From the NCBI GenBank assembly GCA_009775195.1, contig VSPF01000001.1, positions 3,243 to 67,242 of the forward strand: DNA of 64,000 bases, read 5' to 3'. Shown one piece after another: positions 56,222 to 64,000 of this stretch (the stretch's first letter is position 1; every line of letters begins with the position of its first letter). This DNA is from Muribaculaceae bacterium. Lineage in GTDB: Bacteria; Bacteroidota; Bacteroidia; Bacteroidales; Muribaculaceae. Both the position numbers and the translations under genes were made by a program. The notes beneath the pieces are model-generated. The model was not told the origin of the DNA, ran no database searches, and was given only the letters and a program-made list of their open reading frames with translations.

Positions 56222-57670
56222 ATGAAGCTCTTCAGATTTATCATAACGGCTGTCCTTGCAGCCTGCAGCCTTGCCCTTGCAGCCCAAGAGAGCAAACGCG
56301 AATTTCGCGGGGCATGGCTCAACACCGTGTATCAGACACAGTATAAGCGACACAGCACCGAGCAGAACAAAGCCTACCTCGTGCGCCAGCTCGACAGCCT
56401 CAAGGCCATGGGCATCAACGCCGTCATCTTCCAGGTGCGCGCCCAGGCCGACGCCTTCTACGACAGCCGCTACGAGCCGTGGAGCCGCTACCTGACCGAC
56501 GGAGGCAAGGCCCCGGTACCTTTTTGGGACCCTCTCGAATTTATGGTAGAGCAGGCCCACCGGCGCGGCATGGAGCTGCACGCATGGCTCAACCCCTACC
56601 GCGTGACCACCTCGGCAAAGCAAACCGTGCCCAAGGGGCACATCGCCCTGCGGCACCCCGAACGCTTCATTCGCTACGATGGCAAGCTATATTTCGACCC
56701 CGGGCGACCCGAAAACCGCGAATACATAGGCAAGATTGTCGACGACATAGTGGCACGCTACGACATCGACGGCATACACTTCGACGATTATTTCTACCCC
56801 TATCCCGTCAAGGGTAAGTCCTTCGCCGACGATGCCTCATATCGTAAATATGGCAAGGGCATGGCACGCAACGACTGGCGCCGCCACAACGTAGACCTGC
56901 TCATTGAAGACCTCCACCGCCGCATATCTGCCGCCAAGCCCTGGGTGCGCTTCGGAGTAAGCCCCTTCGGCATCTGGCGCAACAAGACTTCCGACCCTCG
57001 CGGCAGCGAGACAAGCGGGCTGCAGAACTACGACGCCCTCTATGCCGACGTGCTGCTATGGGAAGAAAAAGGCTGGGTCGACTACCTGCTGCCGCAACTA
57101 TACTGGGAACTCGGCCACAAGTCGGCCTCATACCTGACCCTTGTGGACTGGTGGAACAAAAACGCGGGACAAAAACGCCATATCTACGTGGGACAGGATG
57201 TGAAACGAACAATCGACAAGAGCGAACTATGCAACAAAGTATCACTCACGCGCCGGGCATGCAACATACGCGGCAACTGCTGGTGGCCGGGCTACGAGCT
57301 GACCCGTAACACCGGCGGCGTGGCCGACTCACTCGCCGTGCAATACCAGCACTACCCTGCCCTTGTGCCGCAATATCCATGGATTTTCGATGGTAAGCCA
57401 CATACCGTAGAGGGCCTGAAGCTCGGGCAGAAGCGCGTCATATCGTGGTCGGCCCCAAAGCCGTGTGGCAAGGCAGCCGACGTGGTGCGTTATGCCATAT
57501 ACCGCTTCGACAATCTCGACGACATCGACATAGAGCGCCACGACGCACTGGTCGACATCGTAGGCACCAACGAGTTTACCGCACCACAACCGGGCTGCTA
57601 TGTAGTTACAGCCATCGACAGGGTCAACAACGAGTCAGAGCCGTCTGCCCCCGTAGTCATACGCCGATGA
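56222..57670 (+). CDS. Glycoside hydrolase-like family 10 (GHL10/DUF187) protein
   Basis: EFRGAW, FQVR..DAFY.S..EPWS, LHAWLNPYR, DGIHFDDYFYPY, PQLYW. Confidence 0.9.
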   Translation: MKLFRFIITAVLAACSLALAAQESKREFRGAWLNTVYQTQYKRHSTEQNKAYLVRQLDSLKAMGINAVIFQVRAQADAFYDSRYEPWSRYLTDGGKAPVPFWDPLEFMVEQAHRRGMELHAWLNPYRVTTSAKQTVPKGHIALRHPERFIRYDGKLYFDPGRPENREYIGKIVDDIVARYDIDGIHFDDYFYPYPVKGKSFADDASYRKYGKGMARNDWRRHNVDLLIEDLHRRISAAKPWVRFGVSPFGIWRNKTSDPRGSETSGLQNYDALYADVLLWEEKGWVDYLLPQLYWELGHKSASYLTLVDWWNKNAGQKRHIYVGQDVKRTIDKSELCNKVSLTRRACNIRGNCWWPGYELTRNTGGVADSLAVQYQHYPALVPQYPWIFDGKPHTVEGLKLGQKRVISWSAPKPCGKAADVVRYAIYRFDNLDDIDIERHDALVDIVGTNEFTAPQPGCYVVTAIDRVNNESEPSAPVVIRR

Positions 57671-58620
57671 GAGAAGCCCTCACCGTAATAGTGCCCGTCT
57701 ACAATGCCGCAGCATATCTCGATGAATGTGTCGGCGGCATAGTGCCACAGCTATGGCCCGGCTGCAGGCTGATACTCGTCGACGACGGCAGCAACGACGG
57801 CTCAGAAGCAATGTGCCTAAAATTCGCATCTGCCCACCCAGACATTATCGAAACTGTCAGAACTGACAATGTGGGCGTTTCCGAGGCACGCAACATCGGC
57901 ATTTCTATGGCCACCACGCCCTTACTTGCTTTTTGCGATGCCGACGACACCTACAACCCCGGCGCGCTCGGCCTTATGGCCGACATAATCGGGCAGTCGC
58001 GGTGCGACATAGTTGTCGGCAGCTTCGGCCGCAAGCCACGCCACATGACGCAGGACGCAAAAAGCTATCGGTGCGCAGCGGCAACCGAGGCCCTCGTCGA
58101 CACTCTCTACCAACGCCCCGGCTGCCACGAGAGTGCGTGGGCAAAGGTCTACAGGCGGTCGCTCTTCGGCGACGACTGCCGCTTTGCCAAGGGCCGACGC
58201 TACGAAGACCTCGAAATAGTGCCCCGCCTCTACCTACAGGCCACAACTATCGCGTTTACCGACGCTCCGGTATATTTCTACCGTCCCAACCCGGTAAGCT
58301 TCATCAACACCTGGGCTGACTCGCGTGCCGATGCCGTCTTTGCCACCAAGAGCATACTCGCCTACGTGACGGCGCATTGTCCCCAGGCCGTAGCGGCGGC
58401 AAAAAGCCGGCTCTTCAGTGCGGCATACAATATCTTCGTGCTTGCCGTGCGCCACCACCGCCCCGGGCTCGCCAACTCCTGCTGGCAGATTATCAGGCAG
58501 CTACGTCTATCAATCATATCCGACCCACGCACGCGCCTAAAAAACAAAGCCGGAGCAACCCTGTCATACCTCGGCAAAAAAACGACAGCCCTGATTACAA
58601 GGCTGTCGCTTAAGCCATGA
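57667..58620 (+). CDS. Glycosyltransferase family 2
   Basis: Start MREALTVIVPVYN (57667), VDDGS, ARN.G, FCDADD, RYEDL. Confidence 0.9.
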   Translation: MREALTVIVPVYNAAAYLDECVGGIVPQLWPGCRLILVDDGSNDGSEAMCLKFASAHPDIIETVRTDNVGVSEARNIGISMATTPLLAFCDADDTYNPGALGLMADIIGQSRCDIVVGSFGRKPRHMTQDAKSYRCAAATEALVDTLYQRPGCHESAWAKVYRRSLFGDDCRFAKGRRYEDLEIVPRLYLQATTIAFTDAPVYFYRPNPVSFINTWADSRADAVFATKSILAYVTAHCPQAVAAAKSRLFSAAYNIFVLAVRHHRPGLANSCWQIIRQLRLSIISDPRTRLKNKAGATLSYLGKKTTALITRLSLKP

Positions 58621-58654
58621 TTAATCTTGATTATCCATGATTAATCAAGATTAA
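58621..58654. terminator. AT-rich hairpin between convergent GT2 and buk
   Basis: TTAATCTTGATTA-N8-TAATCAAGATTAA. Confidence 0.55.
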
Positions 58655-58665
58655 CGAAATTTCGG

Positions 58666-59898
58666 TTAGTCCGCCCGGCGGTTCTTATTCGTTCCCCATT
58701 TGCGCAGATACTGACGTATGGCGGTCATGGGCTTAGTGCCGTTTGGCGGCGTTATGGCCGACAGGAGCCAGTCGCGCAGCTTCGACGGACGACCCTCGTC
58801 GTTGATTTGCGAGGGGTCTTCGTTGGCCGTGCTCTCGTAGACCTTGGGCGTGCGTTCGCCGCGCAACACGGCAAAGGCGTTCTCGGCCAGGGCACGCAGC
58901 TCGTTTTCGCCCGGATATACATAGATTGGCGCGATATAGTCTACGTGGTCGGCTATGAAATCGGTGACACGCTTGCTGTGCGCGATACCGCCGGTGAGCA
59001 ATATGGCGTCGACATCGCCCTTGAGGGCTGTCGCCATGGCTCCGATTTCCTTACAGATGGTATAGCACATGGCACGGAGTATGAGCATGGCATGCAGGTC
59101 GTGGTTGAGTATGCGGTCGAGCACCTCGGGTACCGACGTGGTGCCGAGGTGCGCATAGAGGCCGCCGGCACCGTGCACCATCTTTATCAGCTCGTCCTCG
59201 GTATATTTTCCCGAGAAACAAAGCCTTACCAGCGGTCCCGGGGGAAGCGAGCCCGAGCGCTCGGGCGAGAAGGGGCCGCAGCCGTCGAGGGCGTTGGTGG
59301 TGTCAATCACGCGCCCGCGCCGGTGCGCGCTCACTGTGATGCCGCCGCCCATATGGCACACAATCAGGTTGAGGTCTTCGTAGCGCTTGTTGCTCTCCTT
59401 GGCGAAGAGGCGTGCCACGGCCTTCTGGTTCAAGGCATGGAAAACCGACTCACGAGGCAGCTCGGGCACGCCGCTGATACGGGCATAAGGCATCATCTCG
59501 TCGACCACAACGGGGTCGGCGATATATGATTTCACGCCGATTTCGTCGGCGATATCGCGGGCTATGAGGCCGCCGAGGTTCGACGCATGCTGCATACGGG
59601 CGTGCAACAGGTCGTGGCGCAGGTCGTCGTTGACTTCGTAGACACCGCTCTCGATGGGGCTGATAATGCCGCCACGGCCTATCACGGCGTCGAGCGAACG
59701 GAGGTCTACGCCCTTCTCGGCAAGGGCTTTTTCGATGAGCTCCTTGCGCCAGTCAAACTGGTCGACGACCTGGTCGAACTGCGCCAGCTCTTCGGGCGTA
59801 TGGTCAAGCGATAATGTGAAGTCGGGCTTGTCGTCGGTATAGACTGCAATCTTCGTAGAAGTCGAGCCCGGGTTGATGGCAAGTATCTTATATGACAT
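58666..59898 (-). CDS. buk: Butyrate / branched-chain carboxylate kinase with C-terminal extension
   Basis: INPGSTSTK, GRGG, HASNLG, HALNQKA, HMGGG, FSPERSG, YPGENE. Confidence 0.95.
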   Translation of the reverse strand: MSYKILAINPGSTSTKIAVYTDDKPDFTLSLDHTPEELAQFDQVVDQFDWRKELIEKALAEKGVDLRSLDAVIGRGGIISPIESGVYEVNDDLRHDLLHARMQHASNLGGLIARDIADEIGVKSYIADPVVVDEMMPYARISGVPELPRESVFHALNQKAVARLFAKESNKRYEDLNLIVCHMGGGITVSAHRRGRVIDTTNALDGCGPFSPERSGSLPPGPLVRLCFSGKYTEDELIKMVHGAGGLYAHLGTTSVPEVLDRILNHDLHAMLILRAMCYTICKEIGAMATALKGDVDAILLTGGIAHSKRVTDFIADHVDYIAPIYVYPGENELRALAENAFAVLRGERTPKVYESTANEDPSQINDEGRPSKLRDWLLSAITPPNGTKPMTAIRQYLRKWGTNKNRRAD

Positions 59899-59904
59899 GA
59901 TGGT

Positions 59905-60810
59905 CTATTTACATTGTAGACAGGCGAGTGCGATAGAGTAAAGTTTGGTCTGAGGGGTGTCGCCGCGCGACGTAAGCACGCACGGACGGTTGGTACCAAC
60001 AACAATCGCGGCTATCTCGGCACCGCCGAAATGCGTGGCCGCCTTGAAAAACACGTTGCCCGACTCGATGTTGGGAAACAGGAGGCAGTCAGCATCACCG
60101 GCCACGGCCGACCCCTGCACCTTTTTCTCGGCAGCAACTTCGCTATAGAGGGCCACGTCGAGCGACAGGGGACCGTCGACAGTCACCTTGCCCAACTGGC
60201 CTCGGTCGCCCATCTTGGCGAGTATGCACGCCTCGGTCGACGATAAGACCGACGGCAGCACCTGCTCTGACGGCGCGATACATGCAATCTTTGGCTTTTC
60301 GATACCGAGCGAACGCGCAATGTTGGCAAGGTAGCCTATGAGTATGGTTTTCTGCTTGAGGTCGGGCAGCGGTATTACGGCCACGTCGGCAACACTGAGC
60401 AGTTTGCCCCGGCCCGGCAGCTCTACTACCGACACGTGGCTCAATGTACCCTTCGGGGGGAAGAGCCCTGCCTCCTTGTTGAGGATGCCGCGCATATACT
60501 TGTCGGTCGACACGAGGCCTTTCATCAGCACGTCGGCACCGTTGCCGGCAACAAGGGCCACGGCCTGGTTGACACATGCCATGTCGTTGGCTTCATCGAC
60601 TATGGCGTAATTGCCGGGGTCTATGCCCTCGGCCTGGCAGGTGGCGGTAATCCCGGCCCGGTCGCCAAAAAGTGTTGCCTCTACCAGGCCCTCGCGACGG
60701 GCATGTTCGACTGCACGGAGTGTGTGGGCGTCGTTGGCACATGCCACTGCCAGTCGGCGCCGTCCTCGCGAACGTGCGCTCTCTACGATTTGTGTTAGTT
60801 GTGTTATCAT
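59905..60810 (-). CDS. ptb: Phosphate butyryltransferase
   Basis: DVLMKG, LSHV, DGPLSLD, PNIESGN, VLTSRGD; adjacent to buk. Confidence 0.9.
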   Translation of the reverse strand: MITQLTQIVESARSRGRRRLAVACANDAHTLRAVEHARREGLVEATLFGDRAGITATCQAEGIDPGNYAIVDEANDMACVNQAVALVAGNGADVLMKGLVSTDKYMRGILNKEAGLFPPKGTLSHVSVVELPGRGKLLSVADVAVIPLPDLKQKTILIGYLANIARSLGIEKPKIACIAPSEQVLPSVLSSTEACILAKMGDRGQLGKVTVDGPLSLDVALYSEVAAEKKVQGSAVAGDADCLLFPNIESGNVFFKAATHFGGAEIAAIVVGTNRPCVLTSRGDTPQTKLYSIALACLQCK

Positions 60811-60926
60811 AATAAGTAGGCGCGGAGACAGCAGCTACGGCAACTTACCGCGTGACTGCTCCGCGCTACAAAGATAACGATTGTTTTCGAATCTACAACC
60901 GGCGGTCGTATTTTCAGACAACTTTT

Positions 60927-63200
60927 CTACTTAACCGAAAATTTTGTCTCGCACCCACGGGTCGAATCGGGCCCGACGCGCAGCGAGAACTCGCCGGGCT
61001 CTACACGGCTCACAAGGTCGCTTCCCACGATGGCCAATTCCGACACCGGCAGGTCGAACTCTACCCTGCGGCTCTCGCCGGGCGCGAGGCGCACGCGGTC
61101 GAAGCGGCGCAGGTCGGCGACCGACGGCGTAACCGAGGCCACGAGGTCGGCGGTATAGAGCTGCACCACCTCGGTTGCCTCGCGCTTGCCCGTATTGGTG
61201 AGGGTGAATGACACATGTATGGTGCCGTCGGGCGCATACTGCTCCTTGTCGAGAGCGAGGTCGCTATAGGCGAAGGTAGTATAGGTCAGGCCGTAGCCAA
61301 AAGGATAGAGGGGCTTGTGTCCGGCATCGAGGTAATACGACGTGCAACCGAGAAAGGTGTTGCCGGCGTCATCGGGTATGTCGGCTATGCCCAGCTCGGC
61401 CCCGGTAGCCGGGCGTCCAGTATTGGCATGGTTATAGTAGATGGGGCACTGTCCCGATGTCGACGGGAATGTGACAGGCGTCTTGCCGGAGGGCGATTCG
61501 CGGCCCATCAGCAGGTCGGCAAGTGCCGGGCCGCCCATCGTTCCGGGATGGAACGAGTAGATTACCGCGTCGGCCATGTCGGCCTCGCGCCCTATGGCAA
61601 GCGGTCGCCCGGCCATGACTATCATGACCAGGGGCTTGCCCGTGGCTTTGAGCTGCCCTACGAGTTGCGACTGACCTCCGACAAGCCCGAGGTCGGCCAT
61701 GCAGTGGCCCTCGCCGCTCAATATCGCGTCCTCGCCCACGGCAACGACTATCGCATCGGCATCGGCGGCTGCTGCAACCGCTGCAGCCATGGTCTCGGGG
61801 TCTGACTTGCGGGGATTGCCCAGGCCGGGGCTGTAGACTATTTCCAGGCTGTCGCCGTAAATGTCGCGGAAAGCGTCGAGCAGCGTCACGGTATGCTCTT
61901 TCTCGCCGTCGAAAATCCATGTGCCCAACTGGTTATAACGTGCGTCGGCCATAGGCCCTGTGATGAGCAGCTTCCTGACCTTGGTGCGGTCAAAGGGCAG
62001 CACGTCGCCGTCGTTTTTGAGCAAGATTGCGCTCTCGAGGGCGGCACGACGGGCGGCGGCAAGGTGCGACGGCGCATATTTTACGCTCTGCTGAGTCACA
62101 ACATAAGGGTTCTCGAACAAGCCGAGCATAAACTTGGTGCGCAAAATGCCGCGCACGGCCCGGTCGATGTCGTCGACGCTGACAAGCCCGGCCTTGACGA
62201 GGCTGTCGAGATGCGCGGCATATATGCCGTCCTCCATATCCATGTCTACGCCGGCAGTCAGGCACTTCACAGCGGCCTCGGCCTCGTTGGCGGCCACGCG
62301 GTGCGGCACGAGTTCGCGCACGCTGAAGCAGTCGCTGACCACAAAACCGTCGAAGCCCCACTCCTTGCGCAGTATGTCGGTAAGTATACGCTTGTTGCAC
62401 GACGAGGGCACACCGTCGTTGGCATTGAACGAGGCCATAAACGTCATCGCCCCGGCATCGAGAGCCGACTTGAAGGGCGGCAGATAGGTCTGACGCAGCT
62501 CGCGCTCCGACACACCGGTGGCATTATAGTCGCGTCCGCCCTCGGCGGCACCATAGGCCACGAAGTGCTTGGCACATGCAGCCAGCGATGTCGGCGACCC
62601 GACCGAGTCGCCATTCTGGAAGCCGCGCACCATTGCATCGGCCATTACCGAAGTCAGGTAGGGGTCTTCGCCACATCCCTCGGCTATACGGCCCCAGCGG
62701 GCATCACGCGCTATGTCAATCATGGGGGCGAAGGTCCAGCGCACGCCGTCGGACGACGCTTCGACGGCGGCTATACGCGCTCCTTCACGGGCTATTTCGG
62801 GCGAGAATGTCGCCGCCTGCCCGAGTGGTATTGGGAAGATTGTCTTGTAGCCGTGGATAACGTCGCGCGCGATTAGCAAGGGTATGCCGAGGCGCGATTT
62901 CTCGACAGCTATACGCTGCAGACGGTCGGCCGACGCGGGGTCGTTGACATTCATCAGCGACCCTAAGCCTCCGGCCTCAATCATGGGGTCGAAGAGTTTG
63001 CGGCCCTCGTCGTTGTGCCAGTAGGCGCGCTGGTTGAGCTGGCCTATTTTCTCGTCGAGGTTCATACGGCCCAGCAGGTCTTCGACACGTGCGTCGACAG
63101 GGGCATCAGCTTTTTTGTAAAGTGGTGTCTTTGAATGTAATGGCAAAGTAAAAACCAAGGCAAGCAAGCCTGTAACGATAAATCTATGAGATGTAACCAT
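60927..63200 (-). CDS. GH3 beta-glucosidase (BglX-like)
   Basis: SRLGIPL, DVIHG, RDARWGR..EG.GEDP, KHFVAYG, VVSD, YPFGYGL, Fn3-like C-terminus. Confidence 0.93.
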   Translation of the reverse strand: MVTSHRFIVTGLLALVFTLPLHSKTPLYKKADAPVDARVEDLLGRMNLDEKIGQLNQRAYWHNDEGRKLFDPMIEAGGLGSLMNVNDPASADRLQRIAVEKSRLGIPLLIARDVIHGYKTIFPIPLGQAATFSPEIAREGARIAAVEASSDGVRWTFAPMIDIARDARWGRIAEGCGEDPYLTSVMADAMVRGFQNGDSVGSPTSLAACAKHFVAYGAAEGGRDYNATGVSERELRQTYLPPFKSALDAGAMTFMASFNANDGVPSSCNKRILTDILRKEWGFDGFVVSDCFSVRELVPHRVAANEAEAAVKCLTAGVDMDMEDGIYAAHLDSLVKAGLVSVDDIDRAVRGILRTKFMLGLFENPYVVTQQSVKYAPSHLAAARRAALESAILLKNDGDVLPFDRTKVRKLLITGPMADARYNQLGTWIFDGEKEHTVTLLDAFRDIYGDSLEIVYSPGLGNPRKSDPETMAAAVAAAADADAIVVAVGEDAILSGEGHCMADLGLVGGQSQLVGQLKATGKPLVMIVMAGRPLAIGREADMADAVIYSFHPGTMGGPALADLLMGRESPSGKTPVTFPSTSGQCPIYYNHANTGRPATGAELGIADIPDDAGNTFLGCTSYYLDAGHKPLYPFGYGLTYTTFAYSDLALDKEQYAPDGTIHVSFTLTNTGKREATEVVQLYTADLVASVTPSVADLRRFDRVRLAPGESRRVEFDLPVSELAIVGSDLVSRVEPGEFSLRVGPDSTRGCETKFSVK

Positions 63201-63229
63201 TGGAAGTGAAGTTATTAGGTTTCTATTTA

Positions 63230-63338
63230 GTTTAAGGGTTAAAGGTTAAGGGTTAAGGAGTTGCGCGTAGTCATTGTAGTTGCTTTAGCGCTTAATTTAT
63301 CTCATTAACCTTTAACCATTAACCCTTAACCTTTAGCC
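63230..63338. repeat. Heptamer-repeat palindromic element, copy B
   Basis: TTAAGGG TTAAAGG TTAAGGG TTAAGG ... TTAACCT TTAACCA TTAACCC TTAACCT TTAGCC. Confidence 0.75.
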
Positions 63339-63342
63339 TACA

Positions 63343-64000
63343 TTATTTAACTACAATTTTCTTTCCGTCGCGGATATATATTCCCGGAGTTGTGGGATTT
63401 TGGCATTCGATGCCGACAAGGTTGTATGTGCGCTTGTCGGCATGGTTAGGGACTGCTTCGACATCGGTTACGCCAGACACGGCACCGCCGACAGACACCG
63501 GGTAAGTCACTTCCTTACCACCGTAAGTAATGGTAATCGTACCATAAACCGGGGTGTCGGAAGCAATGAGCTTCGATGCCTCGACCTTACCGAGACCGGC
63601 GGAACACTTCAGGAGATACCCATTGGGCATGACCTTGATGAGCGAACCATACTTATTATATACCAGCAAAGTAGGATTTAGCGTGCCTCCGACAGGTACA
63701 GAGAGTATTTCGTCGGGCGTATCGATGCGCAACTCGGCCACCGCGTCGTCGGCAGGGGCGTTGTCGAACACCATCAGGCAGTTGGCCACGCTACGCGGAG
63801 TGGTCTCTGTAGTCTTGTTTATTACCTTGTCGGTCACATAAAGCTCTGCCGAGCCGCCGCCGTCGCACTGCAGCATGTTAGTGCAGCCGAAGTGGCGCGC
63901 TATCTGTGCGGCCTTCGAGGTGTTGAGGCCGGCCGACTTGCCGTAGACAGGGTCGGTAGACTTGTCTATGACCATCATATAGAGGGTCTTGCGGTCAGCC
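63343..64000 (-). CDS. Phosphodiester glycosidase (NAGPA-like) protein, 5'-truncated by the window, with T9SS-like C-terminal tail
   Basis: Frame open to the edge: ADRKTLYMMVID, QCDGGGS, PRSVAN; tail YNLVG...PGIYIRDGKKIVVK. Confidence 0.8.
   Translation of the reverse strand, partial: ADRKTLYMMVIDKSTDPVYGKSAGLNTSKAAQIARHFGCTNMLQCDGGGSAELYVTDKVINKTTETTPRSVANCLMVFDNAPADDAVAELRIDTPDEILSVPVGGTLNPTLLVYNKYGSLIKVMPNGYLLKCSAGLGKVEASKLIASDTPVYGTITITYGGKEVTYPVSVGGAVSGVTDVEAVPNHADKRTYNLVGIECQNPTTPGIYIRDGKKIVVK

Noticed and set aside
4176..63841. Many long antisense or alternative-frame ORFs in the track (e.g. 6957-7958, 12627-13541, 16084-17145, 50661-51803, 61893-62876)
   Set aside because: They shadow well-identified genes and are expected from GC-rich codon bias; none shows family motifs

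Overview
Bacteroidales chromosome segment, probably Muribaculaceae-like (GC-rich core genes, TAnnTTTG housekeeping promoters). It opens with the end of a prophage or integrative element: small ORFs, a BRO-N protein, a tyrosine integrase and an att-like site with a tRNA-like 3' end, followed by a HicAB pair. Most of the rest is housekeeping: sppA-lpxK-PNP-thiL, purH-mreBCD-mrdA-rodA, tamL/tamB, two DEAD-box helicases, mdh, tRNA-Thr-rplY-pth-hslR, maf-kdsC-nitroreductase-nhaA, glnS, lptB, udk, nrdJ, ptb-buk and a GH3. Several accessory islets interrupt this core. (1) A ~1.95-kb unit bracketed by ~38-bp imperfect direct repeats holds its own promoter, a ~120-nt rod-hairpin/attenuator-like leader and two unrelated lipoproteins with near-identical signal peptides. 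(2) A NigD / ECF sigma / anti-sigma-beta-barrel locus sits next to a second HicAB, whose toxin the ORF track missed. (3) An AT-rich 898-aa lipoprotein has a caspase/gingipain-like His-Cys domain plus GLUG-type repeats. (4) An AAA-DUF4143 gene has twin palindromic operators. A recurring AAC-N17-YGTT ECF-type promoter precedes several genes, and a variant precedes a candidate ~135-nt sRNA. No CRISPR array or rRNA was seen. All family calls come from motif recognition by eye; no database searches were run.
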